A stretch of DNA of 32,000 nucleotides from Candidatus Saccharimonadota bacterium (GTDB lineage: Bacteria; Bacteroidota; Bacteroidia; Flavobacteriales; Blattabacteriaceae): assembly GCF_002243425.1 (NCBI RefSeq), contig NZ_CP021172.1:180001-212000 (forward strand), in the 5' to 3' direction. Both the position numbers and the translations under genes were made by a program. This document shows positions 29,001-32,000 of this stretch, one piece after another. The notes under the pieces were generated by a model. That model was given only the letters and a program-made list of their open reading frames with translations. It had not been told where the DNA came from and made no database searches. The first letter of the stretch is position 1. Each line of letters opens with the position of its first letter.

Positions 29001-29426
29001 TTATTTAAAATTTGGAATTTCATTAAAAAAAATAATAATATTATTTTTAATATCAATTTTCAAAATTATATTATTTATCCAATTAGTTATTATTAAAAAA
29101 TAACTTTTAATATAAAAATTATATCTCATAATTTGAGATAATACTTTTTGTGAAAAAATACATGAAGATTTACATTCAATAAGAATATAAGGTTTTTTTT
29201 TTTTATAAACGATAATATCTATACGTGTTTTAACATTATTAAATAGAAAATATTTTTCTACAAAAATAGAAGATATATTATAGCCTTTATTATATATTAA
29301 ATAATATAACATATGTTGTCTAACATATTCTTCTTTAGTAAGAAGATAATATTTCTTTCTAATAAGACAATAAATATATGTATTATTATTATGATATTTA
29401 TATTCAAAGTTATATTTAATTTTCAT
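29001..29426 (-). CDS. Small conserved protein with a type I restriction enzyme R N-terminal-like (HsdR_N / PD-(D/E)xK-like) domain; function unknown
   Basis: 141 aa. CLIRKKYYLLTKEEYVRQHMLYYLIYNKGYNISSIFVEKYF..NNVKTRIDIIVYKKKKPYILIECKSS...QIMRYNFYIKSYFLIITNW matches my recollection of the roughly 150-aa Bacteroidota HsdR_N-domain family (R.K...LTPEE.VRQ....L....GYP......E.......R.DI.V......P..LVECK). Assigned from memory only. Confidence 0.55.
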   Translation of the reverse strand: MKIKYNFEYKYHNNNTYIYCLIRKKYYLLTKEEYVRQHMLYYLIYNKGYNISSIFVEKYFLFNNVKTRIDIIVYKKKKPYILIECKSSCIFSQKVLSQIMRYNFYIKSYFLIITNWINNIILKIDIKNNIIIFFNEIPNFK

Positions 29427-29436
29427 ATTAATTAAA

Positions 29437-30291
29437 ATGTTTTTAAAATATAAACAAAAATTACTTAAAGATTTAAAAAATAAAAAAATAAAACCTATTT
29501 ATTTTCTAATGGGGGAAGAAAGATATTTAATATCTAATTTATATCATTCAATTGAATTTTTTTTTAAAGAAAAAAAAATATTATATGGATATGATCTAGA
29601 TATTAATAATCTAATTATTATTGCAAAACAAATATCTATCTCTGTATATAATTTAATTATTGTAAAAGAAGCACAATATTTATCAAACAGTATTGAAAAT
29701 TTATATAAATTATTAATTTCTCCTATTGAGAATACAATACTAATTATTTGTTATAACAATAAAGTTATTGATAAAAACACTAATTTTTATAAAAAAATAA
29801 AAAAAAATGGATTTATATATAAAAGTGTAAAATTAAAAAAAAAAGAAATATTTAATATAATTAAATATGAATTTGAATATATAGGATATATTATTACTGA
29901 TAATACTGTTAGTTTTATAATAAAAAATTTAGGTGAAGATTTCTATCAAATAAATAATGAAATCAATAAAATGATTTTGAATAAAAAAAGATATAAATAT
30001 TTTATAAAAAAACAAATATATAAATATTCTAAATTAGAAACATATATAGTTGAAAAACAATTTATAAAAGCTTATAAAACAATTTTTTATTTAAAAAATT
30101 GTACAATTAGTATTGTATTAAAACAAATTTTTACGTTTATTATAAGTATAATTAAATTTAATTTAATTACGTTAATGAATAAAAACAAAAAAAAAGATCC
30201 ATTAAATAAAATTCTCTCAGAGATAAGAGATACTGAAATAAATGATGAATATATTATAAAATTACTTTTGTATAAATTATTTAATAATTAA
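29437..30291 (+). CDS. holA: DNA polymerase III subunit delta (short, divergent)
   Basis: The N-terminus LLKDLKNKKIKPIYFLMGEERYLI and ...IIVKEAQYL... fit the HolA N-terminal domain of Bacteroidota. 284 aa and very Lys/Ile/Asn-rich. Confidence 0.7.
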   Translation: MFLKYKQKLLKDLKNKKIKPIYFLMGEERYLISNLYHSIEFFFKEKKILYGYDLDINNLIIIAKQISISVYNLIIVKEAQYLSNSIENLYKLLISPIENTILIICYNNKVIDKNTNFYKKIKKNGFIYKSVKLKKKEIFNIIKYEFEYIGYIITDNTVSFIIKNLGEDFYQINNEINKMILNKKRYKYFIKKQIYKYSKLETYIVEKQFIKAYKTIFYLKNCTISIVLKQIFTFIISIIKFNLITLMNKNKKKDPLNKILSEIRDTEINDEYIIKLLLYKLFNN

Positions 30292-30299
30292 TTTAAAGT

Positions 30300-31019
30300 A
30301 TGAAAAAAAATATACTTACTATTTATGGAATAAACCCTTTATATGAAGCAATAAAATATAAAAAAAAAATTTATAAAATATTCATAATAAAAAAATTTAT
30401 TAATTTGAAATTAAAAAAAATCATAAAATTTTCTTATTTAAAAAAAATTCCAATTTTTGAAATATTTAAAAAAAATAATAAAAATAATCAAGGAGTATTT
30501 GCAATTATTGATCCTATAGAATTCTATAAAATAGAAGATATAATACCTAATATTTATTATAATGGAAAAATTCCATTGTTACTAATTTTAGATAGTATAA
30601 CAGATGTTAGAAATTTTGGTTCTATTGTTAGAACTTCAGCTTGTACTGGTGTAGATGCTATTATTATATCTAATAACAAGATAGTAAATAGTGATTCTAT
30701 CAAAACGTCATCAGGTGGCCTTTTTAAAGTCCCAATTTGTAAAGAAAAAAATATTATTAAAATAATTAAAATTTTAAAAAATTATGGAATTCAAATTATA
30801 GCTGTAACAGAAAAAACAGATTATATATGCTATAATATTAATTATAGAAATCCTACAGCTTTTATATTAGGAAGTGAAGAAAAGGGGATATCAATAAATT
30901 ATTTATCTATTTGTAATAATAGAGTTAAATTACCTTTAATAAAAAATTCTTTAACATCTTTAAATGTTTCAGTAGCTTGTGGTGCTATTTTATATGAAGC
31001 TCTTAGACAAAGACTTTAG
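30300..31019 (+). CDS. rlmB: SpoU/TrmH-family RNA 2'-O-methyltransferase, RlmB-like
   Basis: IYGINPLYEAIKY... N-terminal substrate-binding region. SpoU motifs LLILDSITDVRNFGSIVRTSACTGVDAIII, AFILGSEEKGIS and LPL...SLNVSVACGAILYE. Confidence 0.8.
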   Translation: MKKNILTIYGINPLYEAIKYKKKIYKIFIIKKFINLKLKKIIKFSYLKKIPIFEIFKKNNKNNQGVFAIIDPIEFYKIEDIIPNIYYNGKIPLLLILDSITDVRNFGSIVRTSACTGVDAIIISNNKIVNSDSIKTSSGGLFKVPICKEKNIIKIIKILKNYGIQIIAVTEKTDYICYNINYRNPTAFILGSEEKGISINYLSICNNRVKLPLIKNSLTSLNVSVACGAILYEALRQRL

Positions 31020-31988
31020 TTAAAATTCTTTTTTAAATTGTTTTAAAAATCTTAAATCATTTTCAAAAAAATATCTTATATCATTGATTTTATAAATCAT
31101 TAATGTTATACGTTCTATTCCCATACCAAAAGCAAAACCTGAATATAGATCAGGATCTATATTCACATTTTTTAAAACAATAGGATCTACCATTCCACAT
31201 CCAATTATTTCAAGCCATTTATTATTCCATAATATATCTAATTCTGCGCTTGGTTCTGTAAATGGAAAATAAGATGGTCTGAATCTAGTTATTGATTTAC
31301 CAAAAAAATTTTTAATAAAAAAATTAATAGTAGATTTCAAATCTTTAAATGAGACTTTTTTATCTAAATATAATCCTTCTATTTGATGAAACATACAATG
31401 AGAATAGGCAGAAATTTTTTCATTTCTATAAACCCTACCTGGTGAAATTATTCTTATAGGAGGTTTATTTTTTTCCATATATCTTATCTGTACTGAAGAT
31501 GTATGTGTTCTTAATAATTTATTACTTTTTTTTATAAAAAAAGTATCTTGCATTTCTCTAGCTGGATGATAATATGGAAAATTTAATGCTGTAAAATTAT
31601 ACCAATCATATTCTATTTCTGGGCCTTCACAAATTTTAAATCCTATTTTATTAAAGAGATTTATAATCCTATGTTTAATTATAGAAATAGGATGTCTAGA
31701 TCCTAATTTGTTTTTTTTTCCAGGTTTTGTTAAATCATCTATTTCTAAATCATCTATTATTATTTTTTTTTTTTTTAAAATTAAGTTTTTAATTTTTTTT
31801 TTTAATAGATTAAGTGATAATCCTATATTTCTTTTTTCATTATAATCAATTTTTTTCAATTCTTTAAATAAAGAATTTAAAATTCCTTTTTTACCTAAAA
31901 ATTTTATTCTAAAAAATTCTAATTCTGAAGCAGAATTTATATTAATTATATCTAATTCTTTATTTAGATTTTTAATTTTATTTAACAT
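31020..31988 (-). CDS. pheS: Phenylalanine--tRNA ligase alpha subunit
   Basis: [14 protein letters not shown]...[36 protein letters not shown]...[13 protein letters not shown]...[14 protein letters not shown]...[10 protein letters not shown]...[15 protein letters not shown]...GCGMVDP...[11 protein letters not shown]. Class II aaRS motifs 1-3. Confidence 0.96.
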   Translation of the reverse strand: MLNKIKNLNKELDIININSASELEFFRIKFLGKKGILNSLFKELKKIDYNEKRNIGLSLNLLKKKIKNLILKKKKIIIDDLEIDDLTKPGKKNKLGSRHPISIIKHRIINLFNKIGFKICEGPEIEYDWYNFTALNFPYYHPAREMQDTFFIKKSNKLLRTHTSSVQIRYMEKNKPPIRIISPGRVYRNEKISAYSHCMFHQIEGLYLDKKVSFKDLKSTINFFIKNFFGKSITRFRPSYFPFTEPSAELDILWNNKWLEIIGCGMVDPIVLKNVNIDPDLYSGFAFGMGIERITLMIYKINDIRYFFENDLRFLKQFKKEF

Positions 31989-32000
31989 AATACTTTTTTA

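Overview
This window is a gene-dense, extremely AT-rich stretch (by eye about four-fifths A+T; not computed). It uses the standard code: TGA is a stop and Trp is TGG. It has almost no intergenic DNA, many 1-30 nt gene overlaps and no visible Shine-Dalgarno sequences. Gene content and order point to a strongly reduced Bacteroidota (Flavobacteriales-type) intracellular insect symbiont, Blattabacterium/Sulcia-like. The supporting details are rpoD-pnp-rpsO, a str/S10/spc/alpha ribosomal super-operon with fusA running directly into rpsJ without tuf, non-zinc L31, and a small HsdR_N-domain protein next to holA. I cannot name the taxon from sequence alone.

The core of the window (3.3-18.9 kb) is one uninterrupted plus-strand block, rpmE-rpsL-rpsG-fusA-rpsJ...rplQ, which includes secY, infA, rpmJ and rpoA. 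The flanks carry housekeeping and nutritional genes: dapF, rsmH, argH, pdhA, a PDH E2, a TerC-family membrane protein, gapA, holA, rlmB and pheS. They also carry RNase P RNA and one tRNA-Arg(ACG).

I found no CRISPR array, mobile element, toxin or defence locus, or other candidate novel system, and I do not claim one. What is worth a second look is genome erosion caught in progress:
- rpoA lacks the alpha C-terminal domain.
- rplX, rpmC and rpmD are absent from their conserved operon slots.
- mutL is reduced to its N-terminal ATPase half.
- Two decayed genes remain: a P5C-dehydrogenase pseudogene and a phosphofructokinase relic upstream of gapA.
- rpsO may have a frameshifted 3' end.
- rplW contains an in-frame 21-bp tandem duplication.
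- Conserved genes carry many A12-A14 coding homopolymers.

All homology calls come from reading the translations and recalling family motifs. No database search was run.
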